Assembly (NCBI GenBank): GCA_000165425.1
Contig: CT868052.1
Coordinates: forward strand, 558,001-622,000
Reading direction: 5' to 3'
Source of the DNA: Paramecium tetraurelia
Taxonomy: Eukaryota
DNA: 64,000 nucleotides
The notes under the pieces are model-generated. The model did no database searches. It was not told the DNA's origin and saw only the letters and a program-made list of their open reading frames with translations. A program made the position numbers and the translations under genes. Positions 1 to 13,275 of this stretch are shown here, piece after piece. Each line of letters opens with the position of its first letter. Within the stretch, counting starts at the first letter, position 1.

Positions 1-326
1 TGCTAGGGACTTCTGTATGGTGAGTCGAGTATACAAATTAGGTGAACATCATTTTATGACTATATGTAAATATATTAAAGACTTTATTAGCTAAGTCAAT
101 CGAGCATCCTTAAGCACCATTAGTCAAAGGAATTCAAAGAGGAGAGGTTGTATTCTAATCTTGGATTGTAAAGAAATTACCTAATGGACAAACAAATCTT
201 ATTAGTATAGCTAACATGAATCCAAAGGGTGATATTCCTAAGGCTCTGATTAATCAAGGTGCTTAAAAATAAGCAGAAGGAGTCAAGAAATCAATTGAAT
301 ATTGGATAAAGAATATAAAAAAATGA
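1..326 (+). CDS. START (lipid-binding) domain protein, 3' part; 5' end outside the window
   Basis: Code-6 translation after removing a 25-nt intron (66-90): ARDFCMVSRV...SKSIEHPQAPLVKGIQRGEV...ANMNPKGDIPKALINQ...KK-TGA(324-326). The RDF, 'S.EHP.AP...G..RG' and 'PKG.IP..L.N' motifs are typical of START domains. Confidence 0.8.
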
Positions 327-1187
327 TTTATATATAAAATTAGTATTCAACAAAATAATCATTAAAATAATATCGGGGTTAGAATTCAATAATATCCATT
401 AAATTAAAATTTTTTAAATTTGATAAATTAATTTTATGGCATTTCTTCTCACATTGCTATTGATTAGGACTCAAATGACAGTTCAATTTCAATTTGAAGT
501 TTAAAAATTTCAGTCTTGAAAATATAAATTAAAAAGTCTCGATTTATTCTAATAATCAAAAAATTTCAATTTTTCTGCTATCATACTCATTGTAGCATTT
601 CAAATGCTACGAATAGTATAATCAACACATAACCGTGCTTCAAGATAATTAATATTTACTTTGATAAAAAATGCTTGAAATTACTATCATATGTATTACT
701 TGTATTTTTAAATTTTTATGAATTTAAAAATATAGAAGAATCCAAATTTTTCTCCCATCATCGATTAAAGGATATGAAGCATAAATAAAATTTCTATTTA
801 TTCTTCTAAGAAAAGAAAGTGACATATAATAATAAATGGAATTACATATACAATTGTATTTTGTTAAGATATTTTATTATGAATAGATTCACTATCGCAT
901 GATATCTACAATCTTTAATTTGTATAAAATCAACTATCTGTTATAAGAGTTTAGAAATTTTATTTTATAGTAAATATTATTTAATTCTTAAATTCAAAGA
1001 TTTTCAAATCCTATGAAATATTTAATTTCAAGAGATCTAGATGAGATATATAAATAAGAAATAGGATTCTTAAATTTAATTGAAATTAAACTAAAGGATA
1101 TTTATTATAATTATATATATAAAATGTATGTAAATGAATAGTATTTAAAATGACAAATATTATTGATATTAATATAATAATTCTTGT

Positions 1188-3580
1188 TCATATAATTTTT
1201 TACACGACTTATCTAAACACAAGGCCAGCGAATAAATTCTTTTTATTTAATATTTTATCCATAATTCTCCGTAATAGTTACTATTTGTTAACAATTTTAC
1301 TAACTTTGGTAATATTGTTATGGGGGTAATAGAATTCATATTCTTAGACTTTGTCAATATGAAAGTCATTTTATTTATCATCTTGAGGAAGACTCTAATG
1401 AGAAATTGAAGGTAAATGTTCATTATATTATGAAAAACTCTGTCTTCTTGCTTGTGGAGATTAAAATTTATCATCTTCTTCATCACTCTCATGTTGTTGC
1501 TCATAACCTGGATATCCAATTTTATTTAAGAATGCTTAATCAACTTGCACTCCTAATTGAGTTCTCATCTTAATTATATGATCATAAGCTCCATTGAGAA
1601 TACCAGTTCTTTACTATTTGTATTTAGTTTTTTTCCTAGCAAATGTTTGCCTATTCTAATAGTCATTGGTATGATAAGCAGCCAACACTTTACCGTTATT
1701 TTTTTTAAAGAAAATAAGAGGACAATTTTTGAATTAATGATGAGATTGGCAAGCCTCACAAATGATTAAGTTTGTATTTTGACCAAAAACAGTATTGTCT
1801 ATGGCATACCGATATTGTTCAAAACTGGATCGATGATTTTGAATGATAGATTAAAATTCAGAAAGATTCAAGTAAGCTACTTAAACAAAGGAAGATGCAA
1901 CAATATTGTATTGCATGACATCTTGATAAAAGAATTCTCTTTCGCAGAGTAGATTTCCTTATTGATATCTTTTGATAGACTTTTCCAATATTAGAGATTT
2001 AACTTATCCTGCCAACACTATATATAATTAATTTGGCAATTCGTCTTTTCTAAATGAATAAACATATTGATTACTTAATAATAACTTCTTCAGGAGCAAA
2101 TGTTTTCTCGTGAATACAGAAACATAGCTTTTTGATTATATCGTCTGCAAAGTTGGTTCCAACTAATTTCGAATGTTTTAGATAACGATAATACATTGCA
2201 ATTTACACTTCCTGTTTGAGTTTTGGATTGAGTTGTCCCATAAGTTCATCCAAATCTAATTCCTCGTCCTGTTTAAATTATAAATAATATTCTATGTATT
2301 TCCTAACTCTAAATTACAATTGAGTATTCAATCCTCTCTACTTAATGTGATTACTCACTAATCTCAATCTCGAATTGTTTAAATTTGTTTACTCTGCCAT
2401 TTTATAAAAAATACTTTATATCATTCCTAGTGCATAACCAAAGACACCTGTAACCAAGAAAGTAATGACAGTGACTAATATTTTTTCAGGAGTTGTAACT
2501 GGAACAATATCACCATATCCAACAGTCATTGATGTGATAGTAATCCAATAGAGTGAATTGAAATATTTAGTGTACAAATCTTCATCAAATATATTCTATT
2601 GATGCAGCCAAGTGTGAGTGTAGCCTTAGTCTACTTCATAAAGGGCAAAGTAGTGGAATAGACAAGCACAAAAGTGAGAAATCAAAAGTAGTGAATAGAT
2701 TAAACAAAATAACTAATAAATGATTGCACTCTTCTCCTTGAAATTGGATATCTCTTCAATTACTATCATAGTTCTTCTTACTCTTGTCATTCGAATCAAC
2801 ATCAGATAGTTTGCAGCTGAATATCCCATCCATGATAAAATGAAAGGCAAAACTATAGCCAAATCTAAAGCAAAGTCTCCTTTGATGTAATGCCAAAATA
2901 TCTTTGCTTTATTCCTTTATAATATCCCTCTATCATAATATCCTTTAAAAAACGTAAGGATAAGGTCAATCAAAAAAATACAGCTTGGTAATGTACTAAA
3001 AAGAGTAAAGACACTACCCATATTGTCTTCATTGAGATTAAATGACAGCTGCAAAGGAACATAGAAGATATTCACGATAGTTACTAACATCATCAAGAGA
3101 TCCCATAAAAAAAGGAATTTATCTGCAGGTAATAGAACTGTTTCATCACTTTTTATGAAACACCAAAAACGCCACCATAATGGATTGTTAGCGTGAGCTT
3201 CATATTTTATTTGTATCCACTAAGTTATAGGAATTTATTACTCTTGATGGTTTCTAAAATAGCATAAAATTATATAGATAAAATTGGAATGAAGAAGCCT
3301 TATCTCTGATTAGTAGAAAGATGTTTTTCTTTAACAATTTAAATCTGTAAGTAGTTGAATTATGTTTAAGTCGAGTAATGAAAATTGTTATTTTCTATAT
3401 GATCCTTAAAGGTTTGGATTTCCACGCTCTTGAAATATTATTAATTTATATTTACGAGTTATTTTCTAGCATTTCCAATTACTTATCAACTTTATTGAGA
3501 GCATCCAATTCAATCTCTTAATCTTCCATCCTCTCTTGTTCTTCTTTCCTAAATCTGATCCCTTGGAGTTTGGGTATCAT
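1188..3580 (-). CDS. Voltage-gated/cyclic-nucleotide-binding-domain K+ channel (KCNH/EAG-like family expanded in ciliates), ~781 aa
   Basis: Pore motif TSMTVGYGDIVP near 2500-2535, preceded by hydrophobic S1-S5 segments and followed by a C-linker/cNMP-type region. Two introns (22 nt near 3220-3241, 25 nt near 2050-2074) give an in-frame length from ATG 3580 to TGA 1188. Confidence 0.9.
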
Positions 3581-4185
3581 TAAAAATAAAAATAATGCTT
3601 TTATTTTATGAACTTATTAATCATGCATAAATAAAAAATTACATTAATCATTCTACTCATAACTATTCCACAGCAGATCATTAGAGCATATCCCAGAAGA
3701 AACCTCAACTCTCATACTCAATCTTTTCCCCTCCAATCAAAATAGCAGGATCCAACTATAAAGAGATAACGCTCTTTTATTCCAAATTTAATTTAGATAT
3801 AACCTTAATCCATCTATCCATAATTGTTTTTCTTATTCAACAGAAGCATGAATATTTATTTAAATAGTGATTAAACAGAAGTATATGTAGGAATTAAATA
3901 ACAAATTGTAAAATTCAACATGCTAACATAAAACCCACAGATATATTTAAAATATTAAAAATAAAGTACATTAAATTAAAAAATTTAACCTCATTTTTCT
4001 AATGATTAAATTCTAACCTTTTTTTTAGGCTGAATCACTATAATAAGCTATGTGCTTTGAGAATATATGAATTTGCTTTATTACAAAATCCAATTTTTAT
4101 TAAGAAAAGGAATTGAATTTTAATAAAATCGCAGAAATAAAGTTAGAGTAACTGAAAAAATATTTAAAATATGAAATCATTCATA

Positions 4186-4877
4186 TCACTTATGTTTGTA
4201 GTAAATAAATTTCGATCTTCTGCAGTCCAAACAATACCATTTACTACTGGGAACATTAAATTCTAATTGGGCTGGATCACAAAAAGTGTGGCAAAATGCA
4301 TCATTACATCTATCACATATCAACATTAAATAAGGAGTGTGTGAACATTAACAAACTTAACATCTCTCTTCATCATCATATTCACTTTGATCTTCGTAAA
4401 ATTGATCTTCTTCTTAATTCCATTTTGGTAAATTTAAATTTAATTATATTGGGATGTTTTCTCTTTTTCCTTCTTTTATTGGATAGATGTAATTGAATTT
4501 TGCTCGACAACAAGGACATTGTGTTTTATATTTTTCTGCCCATTCTTTAATACAAGTTGAACATATCTAATGTTTGCAAACATCAATCTCACAAACATTT
4601 TATACATCATCTAAATTCTACATACAAATAGGACATTCCTCCTGTGTCTATTATTTTAATCTTGCCTTCTTCTTTGGTCCTGAAATAAAGTGCTTAGGCA
4701 ATTTACTTGAACTAGGTATTTTTTATTGCTTAATTAAGAACAATATCTTACTTGCTTTGGTAGAATAGTAACAGTCTCTTTCGTATCCGGACTGTCGAGA
4801 ATCAACTTCTTTTTTCTTTACTTTTCATTAGACCATGCGATCTACTTATTTTGCACTTGATTAGACTGTTTGGACAT
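4186..4877 (-). CDS. Small RING-finger + PHD-finger protein (~222 aa)
   Basis: RING: CPIC...CKHQICSTC...CPCCR. PHD: ...CSH...LICDRCNDAFCHTFC...PSKWYCLDC. One 23-nt intron near 4729-4751 restores the frame; TGA at 4186-4188. Confidence 0.8.
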
Positions 4878-5743
4878 TTTTTACTTTATATATTATTTAA
4901 TCAATGTTTAATTAAAGTACTATAAACTCCATCATAAACAATAAGATCAGGGTTTCTTTATAATATAATCAGAATCTCATCAGATAATTCATTATATTCT
5001 AGAAAATGATAAATGTTCGCTTTTAGAAATAAAAGACCAATCTCATGCTTTATTGAATAATTTATCTAAGAACAACTATCAATTAGCAGTCTCTTTTCAT
5101 TCATCTGTTTCAAACTCTTTTAATCTAAGTTATTAATTTAATCTTCTTGGTATAATTCTACAATTAATCTATTTATTGCTCTTTTTAAACTTTTAATCTT
5201 TTTCCCTGTTTCTTCTTTTATCTTTTAGTAATACATTTATAAACTTTTATTTCAACTCTATGTTATTCATCAATTAACAATTCAAAATCCTAGATTAAAT
5301 CATTAATTATTTATACCTCTTGAGGTTTAAATTTAGACCTCCTTAATAAATAGTAAATTAAGAATTTAACTTTTATATCCTCCTTTATACAAATGTTATG
5401 ATTTAACTGCTTGCATTAGAAAGTAAATCATTATTATTTCAAGAGATTAAGTAATTGGAATTATAGGCTCAAATCTTTAATATTTTTTTAGATCGACTAT
5501 TCATTTAACTATTTGAATTTCTTTCTTCTGACCTATTTCATTTTCTACATCCGCTTTGCTTTGCCTTGATTTAGATGTATTTAGTATGATTCAAAGTTAA
5601 ATATAAATAAATTCTACTTCTGTAATATTCTGAAAGTGCTATTAAATGTTATTTCTCTTAGAAAATTTAACAATGATTTTTATTAATTTTAGGGTTATAG
5701 CATTTTTTTCATTAATTTTATTTAAAAATATATATATATATAT

Positions 5744-8700
5744 TCACTTTCCATTGAACAGATGTACTTGTCCTATAGCCTATGCTTCAAACATTTCTCT
5801 CCCACTTATTGAATTTGGTTTCTTTAATAAAGGATCATCAGCTTAATTAGCCACAAACACGATAGTTTTTTCATCAAACCATTCCTCGCATAATGGCAAC
5901 TCGGCTCCTGGAGGTATAGTCGAAATGATCAAATCAAATTTATGAGTCTTTTCAGCCTGTCTCATAAATTCGACCTTTTACTACTTGGCTAAGGTTTCTA
6001 CTTTTTAAGGATCTCTCCCATATAGATAAACTTATAGTAAAAATAATTTTGCAGCAACAAAAATAGCAGTCTTTGCAGTACCACCATTCCCCAAAATTAA
6101 ACATTTTTGCATATTCTTTGGAAATCTTTTAAATATTGGCCAAAACATCCCCCACCAATCAGTATTAAATCCAATCACTTAATTCTCATATTTTATAATA
6201 CAATTCACAGCTCCAATAATCTGAGCTTCTATTGATTATTCTGTCAAGTATTATTGAATCTAATAATAATATTTAATTTTACTTCTTCCTTAAATGGCAT
6301 TGTAATTGAGGCTCCTTAGAAATTAATATCATTAATATACGATTTTGCCTATTCAATTTTCTTGATGGAGACTTTAGTATAGAATTTGTTGTGTTATTGA
6401 TTTAGTTGGTCAAAATTTCGTTAATGAAGCAAATCGCTTCTGGATAAGGATAAATCATCACCAAAGATATGATAGTTTTGAGTTATCACAAAATCGGCTA
6501 AGCTTCTGATGGATCTTAATTGCTGTATAGTGCCTTGACCAACTGCAGTAGGAGTCAAACAAGACAAAGGAACCATAAATTTGTTTAGAGTTCTGTACAA
6601 TTATGAATTTGGTCCCATTGATACAACTAAGTAGGGAATAACAAATTTCATTCCCATGAATAGCTTAGAAATTTCTTAATAGGTAAGTTCTGATGGATAA
6701 GCATCCTAATTAATTGCCAGCTTTAACAAGCAAATTGTATTAGGATTGTGCTCTGAGATGTATTTCATCCTCTCTATAAATTCAATGATCTACAGTTTTT
6801 CTGTTTTCTCAAATAAATGTTACGATAGAATGATAGAATTGTAATAATGTTATGTAATCATAACATTATTATATTAATCCATCTCTATATCAAAATAATC
6901 TCCAATAAAGCTATTTTACCATTACTCTATTAACTTAACATATGATGTTCCAGTATAGAATCCACCTTGTGCTTTTGTTCTCAAAGTAAATATTATTGGA
7001 ATTTCAAGGTAAAATTTGATGTTATAAATTTATTGTCTAATTTTATCAAATTACTCTTAAATGTTATCTATCTTATCCATCCTTACCTCCAATAAATTGT
7101 GATTTCTATTTATAAAATGAATCTTCTGATGATCTACAATAGTTAATTCCTCGTAAAAAATGCAAGCAAAATTAGTGTCTTGAACATATATTTTATTCCT
7201 TGGAAAATTCAAATGTTATATGCCTTTGATAAAATTCAAATATAACTCATTTATTCTTTGATAATACCTAGTAATATCATAATTGGATGTTATCTATTAA
7301 ATATATTTCCTACTTGGTAATGTAAAAATGTATTTACTGACTCTCTAATAGATTGGTTTTCTCCTATTATAAATCTCCATGATATTTCCAATTGATGGTC
7401 TATTTTAAGATTGTAAATCTTCAATTAATTCATTGATATCCTTTTCAATCCATATGACATTTTTGCCAATCAATAATTACTATATTTGTTCATCCTCAAT
7501 GATTCCACCTCCACAATCAACCACTACATTCTTCTAATATTTCAATAATATCTGTATAAATTATTCCTTTTCACATTTTCTAAATTGTTCCCATCCAAAC
7601 TTTGTGATGAATTCATTGACATTATTAGATATCATATTATCAATGCTAATGTAATCGAACCCTAATTATTAGCATATGTATTAAGACAGAGTGCTTTTAC
7701 CTGCTCCTCTCATGCCAATTATGTACAATGGTTCCTTATAATATTGGTAATTGTATAAGAATTCTTATTCTTAGTTATAAGTCAAGGCCTATTAATTCAA
7801 ACCTAAACTTTGAATATGATTATAGAAATCAGGGAATGTCTTCCTTACACAATCCTTATTATCTATTATAATTCTATATTAATATTGCACTTTTTCAAAA
7901 TGTCCTCCTAAAATACTAAAAGCCATTGCAATCCTATGATCATTGTATGTATTGATTATAACATCCTTTCTATAGCCATTGTACTTTTGATATCTTTTGC
8001 CTCTGATTAAAATCTCATTATTTTGTGATAAACAAACCACACCAACCTTAACTAGATTTTCAGTGACAGCCTTAATTCTATCACATTCCTTCACTCTTTA
8101 ATTTTCAATTCCTTTGATAATACATTAACCTTCAATAGAGGACATTAACAAGGCTAAAGAAATAAAAGTGTCGCTAAAATTGATGCAATCGACATCTTGA
8201 GGTTTTAGGTCTTAATTCTTTATTATTTTGTAAAATCCTTATTCTCTCACTACTTACATGCCCATCTACTCTATAACATCTAAGAATTGTGCATCTCCCT
8301 ATAATTTGGATATCTTTTTGGTTTCGATTGATCCACCATTTAGTCCGATATGTAATAAATCATAACTCAATGCTGTTGCATCTGGTTCAATATCGTATGT
8401 TTGGGCTTTATATATTCCCTTTTTGACTAAAAACTTGGTTTTTGAGATTCTCTCTACCTTTACTCCATAAATATTCATAAGTTGTATAGTCATTTCAATA
8501 TAGGATTCACTAACGATGGTTTCATTCTCTTTGCAATCAATAATTTCAATCAGGGTTTCATCATTTGGGAAGTAAGGAGCAGCCATCAAGATTCCAGAAA
8601 CAAATTGACTACTAAGTTAAGACTTGATTTTGATGTGTTTACCAAGTTTACCATCGATAACTTTAAAAGGTAATTGGCCTTCCTTTTCTAAATATTTGAC

Positions 8701-10221
8701 ATTTAAATTAAGTGCTTCCACCATCTCTTAAATTGGTCTTTCATAAATTCTTTGAGCACCTATGATGGTCACATTCCCAATTAAGGCTGCAATAGGAAGT
8801 AGAAATCTGGCACAAGTACCACTTTCCTTGACATTTATGGTGTATTCCTTTTAATAAAATTGCCCCTAGCATCCTTCGAGAATGAGATTATGTTTAGAAT
8901 GTGTTTGAATTTCGCACAATCTTAATTCTTACAAGGAATTCAACATAGCCTTTGTATCATCAGAATCATAGAAATTATTCAATGAGCTTATACCTTCTGA
9001 TAGGGAACTTAACAAGAGCACTCTATTAGTGATACTTTTCGATCCATGTATGGGTTTGCTAGGTCTGATGTCTGAACATTTTATAACACAGGATTTAACA
9101 AGTATTTTTTTAATGATATCCATATTGACAGGTGTAGTATTAAATTTATGTTTGCCAATTTCTTATATAAATACAAAGTTGATTTCATGTTTGAATACTT
9201 TTTTATCAAACTATAAATATTTTAGCACATCTTATATATTGACATACTCTGGGATTTCAATAGGTAATTCGTATTTCAAAAGAACATTCCTGATTCTATT
9301 CTCATAGGATGAGGTGTCAATCCCATGCTCTTTAGCCAATATATTTGCCAAAACCATGCCAATAGAGACACATTCACCATGCAATAATTTGCCTTGACTT
9401 GCAAATTCAACTGCATGACCAATGGTGTGACCATAATTTAAAATTTTGCGAATATTTTGCTCATATTTATCTTCTGTTACAATACTTAACTTTAGATTGA
9501 TTCCATATTTAATGATATCCAATAGACTGGATTAGTTATTTGGGTCCATCAAGTAATTGTAATCATAACATTCCAATCTCTCAAATAATTTTCGATCAAA
9601 ACAAGCTGCTATTTTGATGATCTCTGCCAAACCATTCAGAAAATTTCTTTTATCTAATGATTGCAAAAATTAGCTACACACTTTGATTCTATAAGGATCA
9701 TTTATCACTCCTAGTTGATTCTTACCGTAGATGTTGTTGATACCTGTCTTTCCTCCAACACTAGCATCTGCCATTCCCAACAACGATGTGGGAATCAAAA
9801 TGAATTTAATTCTGTTGAATAGTTAAATATACCAAACCCTCTCATATATATGCTAGACACGAATCCAACCAAATCAGTCACCACTCCTCCTCCAATTGCG
9901 ATCACTAAATCTTATCTACAAAATCTTTTGCTAAACAAATATTCTGCCAATTCATTCGCAAAATGTAGATTTTTAGCTCCTTCTCCTCCTGGTAATGTGA
10001 ATGTTATTGCTTATGGAAATTTTTAGCATATCTACTACAAGTAGAGTTGTGCAATATTAGTGTCTGAAACCTAATGTAGAAAATGTGGTTACAAAACAGA
10101 TTTAGGGGTTTTGGAGGACTTGAATAGTATTTGCTAAGGAATCAAGGGTTTCGTTGATTGTGTTATGGTAGTCGATTAGTGAGTTATCTTGATCAAGTTA
10201 TTCTAGGTTAATGAAACTCAT
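5744..10221 (-). CDS. ARO1: Pentafunctional AROM polypeptide (DHQ synthase, EPSP synthase, shikimate kinase, type I DHQase, shikimate dehydrogenase), ~1468 aa
   Basis: [113 protein letters not shown]. DHQase: [44 protein letters not shown]. Introns at 10071-10092, 9812-9837 and 6260-6282 give one continuous frame of 4407 nt. Confidence 0.97.
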
Positions 10222-10317
10222 AAATTAAAAACGTATTATATATATATTACTATCAAAAACGGGTAATAAGTGTAAATCACATGAGCATGATTGGATGCAT
10301 AATAAATAATTAAAAAA
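10222..10317. promoter_or_regulatory. 96-bp divergent intergenic region between AROM and T4 (putative bidirectional promoter)
   Basis: The two ATGs face away from each other 96 nt apart. Contains a locally GC-richer element, ATCACATGAGCATGATTGGATGCAT (10276-10300). Confidence 0.5.
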
Positions 10318-11463
10318 ATGGCTAGATCACTAACAATATTGGCTATTTGTTATTGCAGTTGCTACAGCACGATTGACATAAGACAGAAAGTCCCAAAGAA
10401 ATTTTGGCCCAAGTCAACAAGGATTCATTTGGTAATTCCATCCTTTCAGTTCTCCAACTCTAATTGGCCACTGGTGGACCCGTCGGAGAGATCTAAATCC
10501 TCTTAAATAACATTGCTTCTTAATTGAATGGAGATTAAAAGAAGGCTGACAAAGTTCACGAAAGTGACACTGTTGCATTTGAGAAGATCATTGCTGACTT
10601 AGAATAAGAAATTGCTTATCATTAAACCTAAATTGTTGCCCTCTCTAACTTGAGAGATTCAACAACTGAGGCCTTGGGTGAAGCTGAAGTTGAAGTCAGA
10701 GTTGTCACATCCGATATTGCCAATAACGAAAAAAGCTTTGCTGACGAATCAGCCACCAGATAATCATAACACGATACATGGGTTAGAAAAGATGCAGAAC
10801 ATGTTGATTAAATTGATGCCATCGATGAAGCCTCAAAGATTGTCCAACATTTATAAGCTGGTGTTGCCTTTGCTTAACTCAAGAGCAGATTCGAAAAAGT
10901 CTAAGCCAAATTGATGGAAAGCAAGCATGCTCTCTTCAAAGTATATTTCATTTGCTATTATTTAACAGCCACTCATCAATGCCTTGACCTAATTAGCCTC
11001 CAAGGTTGATAACAAGAGCATCATCAAAATCTTAGAACTCTTGGCCTAAATCAGATAATAATTGGTTGCCAGCAGAGCCTCCCTCCTCGCCACCGAAGAA
11101 AAATAAGCTGCCAACTGGGAAGTCTAAAAGTGGTCACTTATAAGAAGAACACAAGAGATTAGTTGAAAGAAAGGCCTTCTTAGAAAACTCAATTGTCTAA
11201 TTCAAGGTCACCATCTAAGAAGCTGTTGAAGACTTAGAAGATTAAACTGTAAGATAGTCCCACTATTCTAGTTATTCCTTGAAGATGCTGAAGATTCATT
11301 GGCTATCCAAGAGAGATGGGCTGCTGAATAAGAATCCCAATATGAAGCCTAAACCTTCGAAAGAGAATAATAATTGGAAGTCGTCGAAAGATTATAAGAA
11401 GTCTTAACCTAAAAATTAAGTGCAGCTTCAGAATTCCTCCAAATTAGAGAAGAAGTATTTTGA
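10318..11463 (+). CDS. T4: Trichocyst matrix protein precursor, T4 family (three apparent +1 frameshifts: sequencing errors or pseudogene)
   Basis: Reconstructed protein MARSLTILAI...ESPKEILAQVNKDSFGNSILSVLQLQLATGGPVGEIQILLNNIASQLNGDQKKADKVHESD...AASEFLQIREEVF matches, from memory, Paramecium T4 trichocyst matrix precursors. Introns at 10941-10968 and 11249-11271. Extra bases near 10347, 10378 and 11127. Confidence 0.9.
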
Positions 11464-11540
11464 TTTATCATAATAATCAAGATTTAAAATATTATTTCCC
11501 TAAATTTAATTTATCCTTTTTATTATATAAAATAACAGTA

Positions 11541-13275
11541 TCACATAATATGATGTATATATAGTTCATTATTGTTTGATGCATAAATAACATCTGGATT
11601 ATTTGCGAAACTTATAGTTTCTAAGAAATTATCTTACTTTGCTTCATCAACCAATATCCATTAATCATCTTGGTTCTTCTACCATATTTAAAGAGCATTA
11701 GTTTCTCCTCCAATTGCCAATACTGACGCATCATTGTTAAATTCGATTGCTCTAATTTTACCTTTTATATTGAAGATCTTTTGATATTCTTTATATTCTC
11801 TCTATTTTGAGTTGTTAAAACAATAAACTAAACCATCCTTTGTGCAAATCAACAAATCTTAATCATTTTAACTAAATAATATTCTTTTTGGATTATTTTG
11901 CAATCTCAATTATTAAATTAATATTAACTTAGCATCTTCAATTCTCCATAAACTGATTTTTTAATCATAAGCTCCAACAGCTAATATTCTCCCATCATTT
12001 GAAATCTATAAATTTGTAATTATTTCACTTGATTTTTGTTCTTAAAACTTAAATACATACTTCTATCCTTATAATTCTAATAAAGCAAATTTGTTTCCTT
12101 CTGAATAATAAATCTGCTTCTCAGATTTACTCAAAAGAACTTAACTAATTTCTTGAAAATCCATGTCCATTTTGAACGACTGGTTTATATATTTGTTTCT
12201 CTATCCAAGTATACCCTTCTTATTTCCAAATCTTAATTGAATTATTATTCTAACTAAGGTTAGAGACATAGGCAGGATTTTATCTAGAATCTTCTCCACA
12301 TGTTACAAAGGCATTTTCTAATTTGCTCATTTTAAAATCTATCAAACTCTGAATATAACATTAAAGTTAAGTCGAAAAATTCCATTTTTTTTTTTCAGGG
12401 TCATACTTCCAAATACTAAGATAGTTATTTGGCTCCATAAACCTAATATAAAGCATTGATTAATCAAAATTTAATTGTATATCAGCTATTGATTAATTTT
12501 CTTTCAAAAGCATGATTTCGCTTTTCTGAATTTCATATATTCTCTGTGCTTTATAATATTTCTATTGTTATTGTATGATTTAACCATTCAGTTAATTAAC
12601 TTATTATGCAAATATATTTTCAACATTTTTAATATCATTCTCCTATTTAAAGTTTAAAATTTATTATTTTAAATTTTGTGTAAATTCGAAATATTAATTT
12701 GATTCCGCTAGTTATTGATCATCAATATCTTTAAATTTTAGAGTATAATTATAGTTTTATTAATTGAGAATGGTATTCTTTGACAATACTTCTGCTAACT
12801 CTTAGAATTATTTAATTCCAAATTTCTTTAGGATTTGATCTTGTTATGTGTTCATGAAAGCGCCTAATTTTTCATTACTTTATTTCTTTATACAATTAAC
12901 AAAACTGTTTAATAATTCCAAGCAATTGCTAGTAGGTCTCTGAGTACTTGAAATCCTTATTAATTTATTGTTTAATTATTGAAGTAAACCTTATATTTCT
13001 TCTATTTCTTTTTAAAATTTCTTTAAAACGGTTCGCGCTACTTAAAAATTATTTTAGTCAATGTTTTAATAGATGTTTTCACATAAATTACCAAATATAT
13101 CAAAAGGAATACAATTTAGATCTAACTAACATTCGGAACACTTCATTCTATATTCCCTTTCACACATCTATGATAGATCTATAAAAGTAAATGGTTGCTT
13201 GTGTTTATTGCAAGAAAATTGGTTGATTTCAAAGTTGCTATTTTGTTGGATGTAGAGTTTTTGTGGATTAAACAT
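11541..13275 (-). CDS. WD40-repeat protein with N-terminal Cys/His motif and coiled coil (one apparent +1 frameshift near 12150-12200)
   Basis: N-terminal CNKH...CSEC. WD-like repeats: ISNDGRILAVGAYDQKISLW, FNNDASVLAIGGETNALQIW, SIKIWKQ. The frame from ATG 13275 is open to ~12121, but the C-terminal repeats lie in the +1 frame and no suitable intron was found. Confidence 0.75.

Noticed and set aside
5744..10221. Bacterial aro operon (contaminant or recent HGT)
   Set aside because: It is a single fused frame with three spliceosomal introns, TAR-Gln codons and host-like AT content.
12385..12395. Run of 11 T (A on the coding strand) as the cause of the WD40 frameshift
   Set aside because: The frame stays sensible across it (PEKKKWNFS); the shift lies later, near 12150-12200.
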